Below are positions 1-8,982 of a stretch of DNA of 35,141 nucleotides, in pieces (position 1 is the stretch's first letter; each line of letters opens with the position of its first letter). Under the pieces are notes generated by a model that saw nothing but the letters and a program-made list of their open reading frames with translations, had not been told where the DNA came from and did not search any database. A program made the translations under genes and the position numbers. Origin of the DNA: Pyrobaculum sp. (lineage in GTDB: Archaea; Thermoproteota; Thermoprotei; Thermoproteales; Thermoproteaceae). The stretch covers positions 21,981-57,121 of the forward strand of contig JBKBOT010000009.1 of assembly GCA_046293555.1 (NCBI GenBank). The letters are read 5' to 3'.

Positions 1-35
1 TAGAAAAGAAAAAATATGGATAAGAAATTAAAGAC

Positions 36-575
36 GTGTATGAAGTAATTTTCTTGGGGAGAGGCGGGCAGGGGGCCGTCACCGCGGCGCAGCTGTTGGC
101 ATACGCCGCGGCGCTAGAGGGAAAGAAGGCACAGGCGCTGCCAGAATTTGGCGCAGAGAGGAGAGGCGCCGTGGTGAGGGCATACTTAAGAATAGGCGAG
201 TCTTTACTACATTCCACCATAAAAAAGGCAGACTATGTGATCATACTAGACGGCAAGATATTGGGGCAGATAGACGTGAGACAATACGGCAAACCAAACG
301 CGGTGTATATAGTAAACACAAGAGAGGTCGGCGACTGGTATATATCGCTAGACGCCACCTCAATTGCGTTAAGACACGGCCTAGTTGTGGCCGGCTGGCC
401 TGTGGTAAATCTCATAATGGCCGCAGCTTTTGCCGCCATAACTGGCCTCATCTCGTATGACAGCATCATAAAGGCGGTGCCAGAATACGTCCCCAAAAAA
501 TATGTCGAAACTAACATCAAGGCGATAAGAGAGGTATACGAGACCCTGTTGGCGGCATCTGTAAGAGCTCTGTGA
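36..575 (+). CDS. porG: 2-oxoacid:ferredoxin oxidoreductase gamma subunit
   Basis: GRGGQGAVTA and PEFGAERRGAVV motifs typical of POR/KOR gamma subunits; substrate specificity not determinable. Confidence 0.88.
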   Translation: MYEVIFLGRGGQGAVTAAQLLAYAAALEGKKAQALPEFGAERRGAVVRAYLRIGESLLHSTIKKADYVIILDGKILGQIDVRQYGKPNAVYIVNTREVGDWYISLDATSIALRHGLVVAGWPVVNLIMAAAFAAITGLISYDSIIKAVPEYVPKKYVETNIKAIREVYETLLAASVRAL

Positions 576-624
576 CTTTTACATAACAAGCCCTCTGCTG
601 TAAATAAAAATATATGCTAACTAC

Positions 625-1095
625 GTGAGGGTTGGCACTGGCGCTATATGGGGCGTTGTAGCTGGCTCTATAGTTGGGGTGGCTGCGGCTGTCACCTCAT
701 ATCTGACTGTGATGACTGCAAGAGATTGGCTAAAAGAGCAGACATATTGGTGGTCAGTAGACGTTATGGGAGAAGAGGCGGCTAGACGATATGCCGAAGC
801 TGCAGTGGCTTCGGCGATTGTGGCGGCTCCCATAGGCGCGTTTTTCTTCACCGTGGCGTTATATCTAGTTATGGGCGTCGTCATGGCGCTTTTGTGGAGA
901 CGCGTTAGGCCTTGGTGGGCGTTGGGGCTTCTGTTTGGAGTAATCCTCTTGGCGATAGATGTGGTGTCTGACCTATTGGCCAAAGTCTCTGGGCCGAGGC
1001 CCCCCGCCATACCGGCCTATATGTCGATATTGTTAAATCTCGCCGGGCCGCTCCTACTTGCGTGGTTTTTAAAGGCCCTACGGCCAGAGGCCTGA
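625..1095 (+). CDS. Hypothetical integral membrane protein (about 4 TM segments)
   Basis: 156-aa hydrophobic ORF with AT-rich TATA-like sequence about 600-615 upstream; convergent overlap with the next gene. Confidence 0.7.
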   Translation: MRVGTGAIWGVVAGSIVGVAAAVTSYLTVMTARDWLKEQTYWWSVDVMGEEAARRYAEAAVASAIVAAPIGAFFFTVALYLVMGVVMALLWRRVRPWWALGLLFGVILLAIDVVSDLLAKVSGPRPPAIPAYMSILLNLAGPLLLAWFLKALRPEA

Positions 1096-2427
1096 GTCTA
1101 TTGAGTATATCTCTATGTCTGGGGTGACCACCCCTCTCGCGTCTATAATAACCTTTGTTTTCATCATGGAGGCCAGCCTGCTGGCTTGAATCCTGTAGGT
1201 TGAGTGGTCTGTGGCCACTATGGCGACATCTGCCTCTCTTAAGGCGTCGGCCAGATCTCCTGTAAGGCCAATCTCCATGTTTTGTAGCGTCTGGTCTCTC
1301 TCTATATATGGGTCGTGTACCACAATTTGCCGTGGCTTTATGCCGAGTTTTAACAACGTGGATACCAGGTCGTATGTGGGGCTGTTTCGCGGGTCGTCTA
1401 TATCTCCTCTAAAGGCTAGTCCCAATACCGCAATTTTCGCCGTAGCTGGGTTTATCCCATGTCTCAACATCGCCCTAAAAACCGCAAATGCCACCTCCTC
1501 TGGCTGTTTCTCGTTTATCTTTCTTGCGGTAAATGTGAGCGGTAGCTCTATTTCATACCTCGCCGCGGTCCACATCAAGAGGTAGGGGTAGACAGGTATG
1601 CAGCTACCCCCAACGCCCGTACCCGGCTTATGGACGTGGCTGTAGGGCTGGCTGTTTGCCGCCTCTCTCGCCCGCCTAAACGAGATCCCCATGACGTTTG
1701 CCAGCTTGGCCATCTCGTTTGCTAAAGCGATATTTACATCCCTATATACGCCCTCTAGCAGTTTTTCAAACTCAGCCTCCTTTGGTGTAGGCAAGACGAT
1801 CACGCCCCTCTTGGCGATTATTTTATAGAGCTCGGCGGCTTCTTCCGCGCTTTTAGGCCCCACGCCGGCTACTATCTTTGGGTAGTTTTCCACAATGTCC
1901 CTAAGGGCGTGTCCCGTCATTATGCGCTCAGGGCTGTAAGCTAGGTAGAAATCCTCCTCGGCTATAAGCCCAGAGGTGTTTTCTAAGGCTGGCCTCGCCA
2001 CTTCTTCCGTAGTGCCGGGGGGGACGCTTGACTCTAGTAACACCAAGTCGCCCCTCTTAAGCCCAGCCCCCACACTTCTTACGGCAGACAACAGGGCGGT
2101 GAAATCCACGTCGACAAAAGAGCTCTGTTTCTTCAGGAGGACAGGCACTGCGATTATCTTCACGTGGCTTTTCATAGAGGCAGCCACGCCGTCTGTAGTG
2201 GCGAAAAACCTCTTTTCTCTTATGGCTGACGTCAAGCTGTTTACCACATCGCCCTCTAGATACTCCACCATCCCGCTGTTAAGCTTTTCCACCTTTACCA
2301 CGTCGATATCTACGCCTATTACCCTAGCCCCCGCCTGCGTCCAGGCGGCAGAGAGCGCAAGCCCCACGTAGCCAAGTCCATATATGGCCACGGTTAGACT
2401 CCCCTTTTTTAACAAGTCGACTAGCAC
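1078..2427 (-). CDS. Nucleotide-sugar dehydrogenase (UDP-N-acetylmannosamine/GlcNAc dehydrogenase, WecC-like)
   Basis: GLGYVG Rossmann motif, ESSVPPGTT, YSPER, VGGSCIP catalytic Cys, LGLAFRGDIDDPRNSP. Confidence 0.9.
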   Translation of the reverse strand: MLVDLLKKGSLTVAIYGLGYVGLALSAAWTQAGARVIGVDIDVVKVEKLNSGMVEYLEGDVVNSLTSAIREKRFFATTDGVAASMKSHVKIIAVPVLLKKQSSFVDVDFTALLSAVRSVGAGLKRGDLVLLESSVPPGTTEEVARPALENTSGLIAEEDFYLAYSPERIMTGHALRDIVENYPKIVAGVGPKSAEEAAELYKIIAKRGVIVLPTPKEAEFEKLLEGVYRDVNIALANEMAKLANVMGISFRRAREAANSQPYSHVHKPGTGVGGSCIPVYPYLLMWTAARYEIELPLTFTARKINEKQPEEVAFAVFRAMLRHGINPATAKIAVLGLAFRGDIDDPRNSPTYDLVSTLLKLGIKPRQIVVHDPYIERDQTLQNMEIGLTGDLADALREADVAIVATDHSTYRIQASRLASMMKTKVIIDARGVVTPDIEIYSIDSGLWP

Positions 2428-2469
2428 GGCCTCTAGTTTAACGTTTTTAATAAAGATAGGCCTTCAGCC

Positions 2470-3177
2470 ATGGAGATCCATGTTGTGGGATATGGGGGAT
2501 GGATCTCCCAGCCGCCTCTTGGCTACACCTCTCTATATGTAAAAACAGATCTTAACCTACTTATAGATGCTGGCGAGTGTACATATGTTAGGTTGACACA
2601 ATGCGGGTTGCCGTGGCCTGACGCCATATTTATAAGCCACAGACATGGAGATCACATACTGGGGGTCCCCACATTTCTCCTAATGGCTAAAAAACTTGGC
2701 CGTAGCCTCAAGCTTATAGGCAGCGTGGAGGTGTTAGAAGCGATTAAAGCTCTGGCGTCAATAACCGCAATTGAGAAATCTCTAGAGTATGTAGAACTTG
2801 TCGAGGCTGGAGAGGAGCTTACGATAGGCGCCACGCGGCTGAAATTCGTCCAGACGCGACACCCGGTCTACACCCAGGCGGTGAGGGTAGAACATAGCGG
2901 CAAGTGTTTTGTATATAGCTCAGACACCGCACCCACGGGAGGCATAATGGAGCTAGCTAAAGGCTGCGACCTACTCGCACATGAGGTATCTGGCAACCCC
3001 GGCCAAGAGGAGGAGGCACATAGGGTGGGTCACAGCACAACTAGAGACGCAGTGGAGGTAGCCAAAACGGCTGGCGTAAAGGCGTTATTGCCACTACATT
3101 TCTACATAGATCAGCCCCTCGTGCCCCCCGGCGTCTCCCTCGTGTTGCCCACCCCCTGTGGCCGTATTGTTATATGA
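2470..3177 (+). CDS. Metallo-beta-lactamase-fold hydrolase, RNase Z-like
   Basis: LIDAGE, SHRHGDH (HxHxDH), YSSDT, LAHE and GHST motifs. Confidence 0.8.
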   Translation: MEIHVVGYGGWISQPPLGYTSLYVKTDLNLLIDAGECTYVRLTQCGLPWPDAIFISHRHGDHILGVPTFLLMAKKLGRSLKLIGSVEVLEAIKALASITAIEKSLEYVELVEAGEELTIGATRLKFVQTRHPVYTQAVRVEHSGKCFVYSSDTAPTGGIMELAKGCDLLAHEVSGNPGQEEEAHRVGHSTTRDAVEVAKTAGVKALLPLHFYIDQPLVPPGVSLVLPTPCGRIVI

Positions 3178-3683
3178 CATGTTATAAGCTAGCTAGAAAT
3201 AGAGAGCTGTTTGCCTTCCCGTATCCCATCTCCATATGGAAAAACCCCCCAAAGTCGATAGATTACGTAAAAGACCTCGTGGAGGCCTACGGCTTTACTA
3301 ATATATACACCGTAGGCGACGTGGTTACAAACAACTTTCTAAGTTACGGCCTCATTCCAACCTCGGCTGCTGTAGATGAAAAAACAAGACGGGAGACATA
3401 TGTCATACATACACACTTTTTCAGAAAGATCTTAAGAGTTCGCAACCCACCTGGATATATCACGGCAGAGGCGTGGGCAGCAGTAGAGGAGGCGGTAAGA
3501 GATGGGGGCACGTTAATCAAGGTAGAGGGAGAAGAAGACATGCTCTCTCTGGCCTTCATAAAGCTGGCTTCTAGCCACTCCATTGTGATTTATGGTCACT
3601 ACCTCGGCGCCCTTGTCGCCATTCCGGTGGACTGGTATAGAGAAAATATCTTAAAGCTGTTTGACCAGCTAGAGGGATGTTAA
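3174..3683 (+). CDS. GTP-dependent dephospho-CoA kinase (DUF359 family)
   Basis: VGDVVT, VDEKTRR, NPPGYIT, VEGEEDML motifs; ATGA overlap with upstream gene. Confidence 0.82.
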   Translation: MTCYKLARNRELFAFPYPISIWKNPPKSIDYVKDLVEAYGFTNIYTVGDVVTNNFLSYGLIPTSAAVDEKTRRETYVIHTHFFRKILRVRNPPGYITAEAWAAVEEAVRDGGTLIKVEGEEDMLSLAFIKLASSHSIVIYGHYLGALVAIPVDWYRENILKLFDQLEGC

Positions 3684-3738
3684 TTCAGACAGCTGCCGCG
3701 TCTTCACCACTCGTCTTTGGTCGGGATCATCACAGACG
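3683..3738 (-). ncRNA. C/D-box 2'-O-methylation guide sRNA
   Basis: Minus strand reads GTGATGA (C, 3727-3733), 12-nt guide tcccgaccaaag, ACGA (D'), TGAAGA (C'), 12-nt guide cgcggcagctgt, CTGA (D, 3685-3688); TTTAAAAA TATA at 3764-3771; exact ends approximate. Confidence 0.85.
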
Positions 3739-3786
3739 TACAAAACTTAGCCTCACATACATCTTTTTAAAGTGTATATATACTAC

Positions 3787-4410
3787 ATGAGGCCCTCGAC
3801 TATAGTGGCTATAGGTATTGCGGTCATATTGGCAATAGCCGCGGCGGTTATATACACAAAAATCCCTCAACATGAGACAGCCGTTGTAAATAGCGAAGAG
3901 GTGCCGTTACCCCCATGGGCCATCTCTTTCGGCCAGCCAGACGCCACCACCTTGTTGATCGAACTTTATGACTTGCACTGCCCCTACTGCGCGAAGGCAC
4001 ATGAGCAACTAGACCCGCTATATGGCCAACTGATCAGAGAGGGCAAGTTAAGAGTGGTATTTCTAGACCTGGTGGTACATCCAGAAGCTGTCCCAGCCCA
4101 CAGGCTTCTACATTGTGCCTACAGAGAGCTGGGAGATGCCACATTTGGCTTAATATCAAGGCTTTATGAGGTATTTTTAAGAGAGGGTCCATACAAGCAG
4201 CTAGAGTTGTTATCTCAATACAACTGTGACGACGCCCCTACAGAAGCCGAGTTTAACAACGCCGTTAGAGCTCTGTTGACATATCTTTCGAAAAGGGGGG
4301 TAGCTGTCAGAGGGATAGGTACCCCCACATTTATAGTTATAAAGGGCGGGGCTATTAACGTGGTAGTTGGCGCAGAGGTGGAAAAAGTGAGGTCTTTACT
4401 TAGTCAGTAG
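3787..4410 (+). CDS. Membrane-anchored DsbA/thioredoxin-like thiol-disulfide oxidoreductase
   Basis: N-terminal hydrophobic anchor, CPYC active site, GTPTF cis-Pro loop; ATG 3787 preferred over GTG 3772. Confidence 0.82.
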   Translation: MRPSTIVAIGIAVILAIAAAVIYTKIPQHETAVVNSEEVPLPPWAISFGQPDATTLLIELYDLHCPYCAKAHEQLDPLYGQLIREGKLRVVFLDLVVHPEAVPAHRLLHCAYRELGDATFGLISRLYEVFLREGPYKQLELLSQYNCDDAPTEAEFNNAVRALLTYLSKRGVAVRGIGTPTFIVIKGGAINVVVGAEVEKVRSLLSQ

Positions 4411-4555
4411 CTGGGGGTATTAACCTCTCTCTTTCCTGCATTAAGGCTAACCACCTGGCTCTTTCTAAGATTCTGGCCACGTCGACATATCCATATTCAT
4501 AAAACTGGTTTATCAACTTTGTGAGCTCTTCGACTAGAGCCGAGTTTATTTGCAT
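4400..4555 (-). CDS. Small hypothetical protein, 51 aa (MQINSALVEELTKLINQFYEYGYVDVARILERARWLALMQERERLIPPATD)
   Basis: Hand-translated; ATG-to-TAA ORF fills the 4410-4590 gap; TTAAATAT at about 4575-4582 fits a leaderless start. Confidence 0.6.
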   Translation of the reverse strand: MQINSALVEELTKLINQFYEYGYVDVARILERARWLALMQERERLIPPATD

Positions 4556-4606
4556 AAAGTGTCGAATTGTGTAAATATTTAAGCTTTTTTATTGGCTCAG
4601 CTAGAT

Positions 4607-5587
4607 GTGAAATATGAGATAGACGCCAGACGTAGGACAATTAGAATAACGCCCACGAGAGAAGAAGATCTCTACTTTACCTACCTCCTGATAGACCTTG
4701 GAGACATTATACGTGGCTGGACTGTAAGAGAGTACAGGCCAGAAGGCGCTAAAGAGGGCGAGAGAGTAAAGATGTTCCTAGCGATAAAGGTAGAGGCTCT
4801 GGAGTACCACAAATTCAGAGGGAGTCTAAGGGTTAGAGGTACTGTAGTAGATATACAAGAGGGGGTAGAGGGGGTAAAGGGGAGGAGACATACCTTTGAG
4901 GTGACGCCAGGTAGAGAGGTTTACATCGAGAAGAGAGAAGAGATCCCCATAGAGGCCGTTGTGGAAGTTCTAAACCTAGCCAAGACCATGTTGCCTAGAG
5001 TCCTGTTGGCTTCTGTAGATGACGAAGAGGCCGTGGTGGCTTACATCACGGCTGTGGGAATCGAGATCTTACAACAGATTTACAACAGGAAAAATGAGGA
5101 CAGCCTTTTTGAGGAATATCTTGATGCAGTATGTAAAGCTATAGAGATATATACACAACGTCTTAAGCCAGATAAGGTTGTAGTAACAGGCCCAGGTATG
5201 GTAATCGAGCGGATTCGTCCAGGTGAGAAAATCCCCCAGAGCGTAGGCGGGGTTGCGGGAGTTTATGAGTACATGAGGAGGGGGCTTTACGACGAGCTTA
5301 AAATCGAGATGGGCATCGAGGCTTACCACAAGTTTATGCAAAGACTTGCCACAGATAGGGAGTCGGTGGCTATCGGTATCGAGGAGACAGAAGAGGCGGC
5401 GGCTGTCGGTAGGGTGGAGATCTTACTTATACTCGACATATATATAAAGGAAAGCCCAGCAAGGGCCTGGCATCTAATAAATAAAGTCCTTAAAGCTAGA
5501 GGCAAGGTGTACATCATTAGGGAGGATCTAGAGGTAGGAAAAGGGTTGGCCGCAATGGGTGGGGCTGCGGCCTTATTGAGGTGGTAA
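4607..5587 (+). CDS. pelA: mRNA surveillance / ribosome rescue protein pelota
   Basis: EDLY...GD, LRVRG, GRRHT and C-terminal MGGAAALLRW of the eRF1/pelota family; GTG 4607 fits the TATA at about 4577-4584 better than TTG 4592. Confidence 0.9.
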   Translation: MKYEIDARRRTIRITPTREEDLYFTYLLIDLGDIIRGWTVREYRPEGAKEGERVKMFLAIKVEALEYHKFRGSLRVRGTVVDIQEGVEGVKGRRHTFEVTPGREVYIEKREEIPIEAVVEVLNLAKTMLPRVLLASVDDEEAVVAYITAVGIEILQQIYNRKNEDSLFEEYLDAVCKAIEIYTQRLKPDKVVVTGPGMVIERIRPGEKIPQSVGGVAGVYEYMRRGLYDELKIEMGIEAYHKFMQRLATDRESVAIGIEETEEAAAVGRVEILLILDIYIKESPARAWHLINKVLKARGKVYIIREDLEVGKGLAAMGGAAALLRW

Positions 5588-5598
5588 AAAAGGGGGGG

Positions 5599-5772
5599 TT
5601 ATTTCTTTTTGCCTAGCAGTCTGTATACCTTTATGCCCGTGTAGGGAGATTTAGCTACTGCAAACATCATCGGCCCGCGGGCAGTCTGCTTCTCCACAAC
5701 TTCATAGTTGTCAGTCTCAAACGCCTGTTTCGCCTTAATGTCGTAGAACTTTAGCTTACTTTTCTTGGACAT
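5599..5772 (-). CDS. cc1: Crenarchaeal chromatin protein CC1, 57 aa (MSKKSKLKFYDIKAKQAFETDNYEVVEKQTARGPMMFAVAKSPYTGIKVYRLLGKKK)
   Basis: Hand-translated (below ORF-track cutoff); recognised as a basic Thermoproteales CC1 DNA-binding protein; TTTATAAA at about 5793-5800; T-run after the stop. Confidence 0.85.
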   Translation of the reverse strand: MSKKSKLKFYDIKAKQAFETDNYEVVEKQTARGPMMFAVAKSPYTGIKVYRLLGKKK

Positions 5773-5789
5773 GGTGATAGGATACTCCC

Positions 5790-5964
5790 CGGTTTATAAA
5801 ACTTATGTTTAATTTAGATACTATATCTATTTTGGAAAAAAATTTATAAATTTTTTATTGGGTAGCCACTGGTTATTCTTTCCAATGTTTATATTGTTTT
5901 ACTCTTTCTGTATATTCAATTAACTTCTTTATTTTTTTCGAAAACACCCAATGAGATATGAAAA
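5790..5964. promoter_or_regulatory. AT-rich non-coding region upstream of cc1 with inverted repeats
   Basis: TAGATA-cta-TATCTA (5815-5829) and perfect 20-bp palindrome AAAAAATTTATAAATTTTTT (5837-5856). Confidence 0.45.
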
Positions 5965-6462
5965 TTATAAGTTTAAGAGATAGACAACTTTCTGAAATAT
6001 CTCTTCCCAGTTTTCTCTAGTGAGCCAAAATACTTCAAATCCAAGTGATTTGGCAAACTGTATGTAGTTTCTATGGACTGTAGCCAATATTGCGTCTCTT
6101 GTGGCTATAGTCTCCCGAAATATCTGGCTAAAATTAGGACATTTAAACTCCATGGCGCCTACTTCGTCTACCACAAGTAGGCCACATGGCTGCCTAAGGG
6201 CGCTCTCTATGGCCCTACAGGCATCTAGATGTACTACATATCTACCTACAGAAGGATGTCCTACCCCCACTCTGGCTAAGGGAGACCTCTGCCCCGTAGA
6301 TATATCCACCACATCGAACCCCACCCTGACGCCTCCCTCCCGCACTTCAAAAGTCAGAAATCCACAGACCTTAGGCCGCGCCAGCTCTACTACTTTAGCC
6401 ACAAGTGTGGTCTTTCCAACTCCCGGCATTCCAGAAATACCTAACAGCCTGCGGGCAGACAT
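5965..6462 (-). CDS. Nucleoside-triphosphatase, THEP1/NTPase_1 family
   Basis: GMPGVGKTT Walker [24 protein letters not shown]; ATG 6462 (alternative GTG 6474). Confidence 0.88.
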   Translation of the reverse strand: MSARRLLGISGMPGVGKTTLVAKVVELARPKVCGFLTFEVREGGVRVGFDVVDISTGQRSPLARVGVGHPSVGRYVVHLDACRAIESALRQPCGLLVVDEVGAMEFKCPNFSQIFRETIATRDAILATVHRNYIQFAKSLGFEVFWLTRENWEEIFQKVVYLLNL

Positions 6463-6515
6463 CAGCCCTTTCACGCCACGTCACCACATAGGCTTAGTCT
6501 AGCCTCATCACACAT
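6460..6515 (-). ncRNA. Probable C/D-box guide sRNA abutting the NTPase start codon
   Basis: GTGATGA (C, 6505-6511), ggctagactaag, CCTA (weak D'), TGGTGA (C'), cgtggcgtgaaaggg, CTGA (D, 6462-6465); TTTATAAA at 6531-6538. Confidence 0.55.
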
Positions 6516-6531
6516 GTCTTCATCTTTCTCT

Positions 6532-7317
6532 TTATAAACTACGTGATGCCGTAAGAACGCCATCTAACGCCTTATTAATTAGGTATTTTAACAATCTTTC
6601 AAAAGGCGTAATACTATCTCCAACGACCTCCCTTATCTTAGCCAATAAGTTCTTTATTTCAAAAACAATGGTGTTTATCTGCCGCCTTTCTACCCTCTCG
6701 TCGCTGTAGTCATCTGAATATTGATAGAGAACTCCAAGCGCTGTGCCCAATTTTTTCACCAAATCTATTATGTCGCGACGTTCTAGCAGCATGGTGGGCA
6801 TCACCAACGCCGCCTCGATAAGCGGCGCGGTTTTATATTCTGCAGCCTTTTCGTATTCTCCATCTAGATCTAAGGCCTGGCCTGCAGACAGCCTCTGCGC
6901 CACGTCCGCCAAGTAGCCCACTGTATCTGGGCCTAGACGTAACGCCCTTTTTATAGACTCTGCAATAAGCCAGTCGCTTGCCACTATGGACCTGCCGTCG
7001 CCATATATCACACGGGGTGTCTTCACGCCGCGTCTCTCCTCGTGTCTATCCATGACGTCATCTTGAAGAAGGGAAACAATGTGTAGAAGCTCTACCACCA
7101 CCGCGGCTTCTACAACTTTCGGATTTATTACAGACCTCCTGTCTAGACTGTAGGAAAAAGTCAAGAGGAGTATCGGCCGTAGGAGTTTACCCGGAGTTTC
7201 TATGTAGTATCTTACCGTGTTTCTAAGACTTCTGGGCTCTATGTTTTCCCCAACTTCATACAGATGTGACTTTACACGTTCTAAAGCAGCCAAGACCTCC
7301 TGCGGCAGTAAAGACAT
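6532..7317 (-). CDS. Polyprenyl diphosphate synthase (trans-prenyltransferase)
   Basis: GKLLRP, LLQDDVMD (FARM), RRG, GQALDL, YKTA, QYSDDYSD (SARM). Confidence 0.88.
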   Translation of the reverse strand: MSLLPQEVLAALERVKSHLYEVGENIEPRSLRNTVRYYIETPGKLLRPILLLTFSYSLDRRSVINPKVVEAAVVVELLHIVSLLQDDVMDRHEERRGVKTPRVIYGDGRSIVASDWLIAESIKRALRLGPDTVGYLADVAQRLSAGQALDLDGEYEKAAEYKTAPLIEAALVMPTMLLERRDIIDLVKKLGTALGVLYQYSDDYSDERVERRQINTIVFEIKNLLAKIREVVGDSITPFERLLKYLINKALDGVLTASRSL

Positions 7318-7357
7318 GTCTATAAAATACTGGGGGTATTTATTTATCTAAAAAGCC

Positions 7358-7546
7358 CTATCTTGCCTTAAAACGATTTTCCGGAGTTTTTTCCACCTTT
7401 CCCTCTCTCACCAGCCTAGTTAGTTGAGCCTTTACAATTGCCACCTTTTCGACATTAACAGCTCTGGCGACCTCCTCGGCGGTAAATTCTTTACCTTTAT
7501 TTTGGGCTAAGTATTCATAGATTTTTGTTTTTATCCCTGAGGGCAC
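7358..7546 (-). CDS. Small basic winged-helix DNA-binding protein
   Basis: 62 aa, IYEYL...[10 protein letters not shown]...[12 protein letters not shown] wHTH pattern; TATA-like sequence at about 7566-7574. Confidence 0.72.
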   Translation of the reverse strand: MPSGIKTKIYEYLAQNKGKEFTAEEVARAVNVEKVAIVKAQLTRLVREGKVEKTPENRFKAR

Positions 7547-7625
7547 AGATATAGATAAAAACAGCTATTTAAAGCTTAAAGAGGTGAAAACACAAACTTT
7601 AATAACAAGGCGTAATCTAACCCCC

Positions 7626-8078
7626 ATGGTACGACTGGCGATCGTAGTGTCAGAATTTAATTACGACATTACTCAGCTAATGTTTCAAAAGGCTGTTGAC
7701 CACGCCAAGTTTCTTGGCGCCGAGGTCGCCTACGTGGTTAAAGTGCCAGGTGTCTATGACATACCGACAGTACTAAAAGACTTAATCACTAGAGATGAGG
7801 TAGACGCAGTTGTCACGTTAGGCGCAGTGATACAGGGAGCTACTAAACATGACGAAATTGTGGCACAACAAGCCGCCAGAAAGATTCTAGACATAGCTGT
7901 GGAGTACAACAAGCCGGTCACCCTAGGCATTATTGGACACGGCGCCACGAGGCTACAGGCACTTGAAAGAATTGAGGAATATGCAAGACGTGCCGTAGAA
8001 GGCGCCGTGAAGTTAGCCCGGAGGAAAAAACTTCTAAGAGAGAGCAGGTATGGAGGTACAACCATATTTATTGACTAA
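7626..8078 (+). CDS. ribH: 6,7-dimethyl-8-ribityllumazine synthase
   Basis: [34 protein letters not shown]; ATG 7626 follows TTTAATAA at 7598-7605. Confidence 0.93.
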   Translation: MVRLAIVVSEFNYDITQLMFQKAVDHAKFLGAEVAYVVKVPGVYDIPTVLKDLITRDEVDAVVTLGAVIQGATKHDEIVAQQAARKILDIAVEYNKPVTLGIIGHGATRLQALERIEEYARRAVEGAVKLARRKKLLRESRYGGTTIFID

Positions 8079-8982
8079 CAGGAGTAGTCCAGTGGCTATA
8101 TTTTTCTATCTCTCCTCTCACAACTTTTGCATACATGTTCATAAGCTCCGTGGTTACTGGTCCTGGCTTCCCATCGCCTATAGGCTTGTGGTCTACCTCA
8201 ACTACCGGCGTGACCTCAGCGGCTGTGCCCACTAGAAATACCTCGTCTGCTGTATAGACTTCCTCTCTGGTTATGGGCTTCTCTACTACGGCTATACCCA
8301 AGTCTTCGGCCAGTCTTATCACCGAGTCGCGGGTAATTCCCTCAAGTATCGAGGAGTGAAGCGGCGGCGTGTAGATCTTCCCCCTCCTTACAATAAAGAG
8401 ATTTTCGCCAGAGCCCTCCACCACATATCCAGAGGAGTCCATAAGTAACGCCTCGTCGAAACCTCTACTCCGCGCCTCTACTAGAGCTAACACAGAATTT
8501 ACATAAATGCCGCCTATTTTCGCCATTACTGGCAACATGGTGTTATGTACCCTCCTCCAGCTGACAATAGCGGCCCTGATGCCGTTAGGCGGGAGATATT
8601 TGCCAAAAGGAAAGGCAATTACTGCCAACGAGGTTTCCAGCTTTCTGACGTCTAACACCACTGTGGGGGTTGAGACAAATAACACAGGCCTTATGTATAC
8701 ATCTTCTCTGAAGTTATTTGCAGCTAGAGTCTCTACTACAGCCTTTTGGACATCTTGAGGCGTGTAAGGCGGGGTGATTCCCAGTATTTTTGCGGAATCG
8801 AACATCCGGCGTATGTGGTCGCCAAGTCTAAATACTAACAGATTTTTTCCAGTCCAATACCCTCTTATTCCCTCAAAAATAGAGGTGCCGTAATGTAACG
8901 CATGTGTCAAGACGTGTACCTTGGCCTCATCCCATTTAGCCAACTTGCCGTCAAGCCAGACGTATTGGGCGTAAAACCTCAT
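8068..8982 (-). CDS. ilvE: Branched-chain amino acid aminotransferase
   Basis: [39 protein letters not shown]. Confidence 0.95.
   Translation of the reverse strand: MRFYAQYVWLDGKLAKWDEAKVHVLTHALHYGTSIFEGIRGYWTGKNLLVFRLGDHIRRMFDSAKILGITPPYTPQDVQKAVVETLAANNFREDVYIRPVLFVSTPTVVLDVRKLETSLAVIAFPFGKYLPPNGIRAAIVSWRRVHNTMLPVMAKIGGIYVNSVLALVEARSRGFDEALLMDSSGYVVEGSGENLFIVRRGKIYTPPLHSSILEGITRDSVIRLAEDLGIAVVEKPITREEVYTADEVFLVGTAAEVTPVVEVDHKPIGDGKPGPVTTELMNMYAKVVRGEIEKYSHWTTPVSQ

Noticed and set aside
700-770. GTGATGA C-box-like motif inside the membrane protein gene
   Set aside because: No D box at suitable spacing downstream
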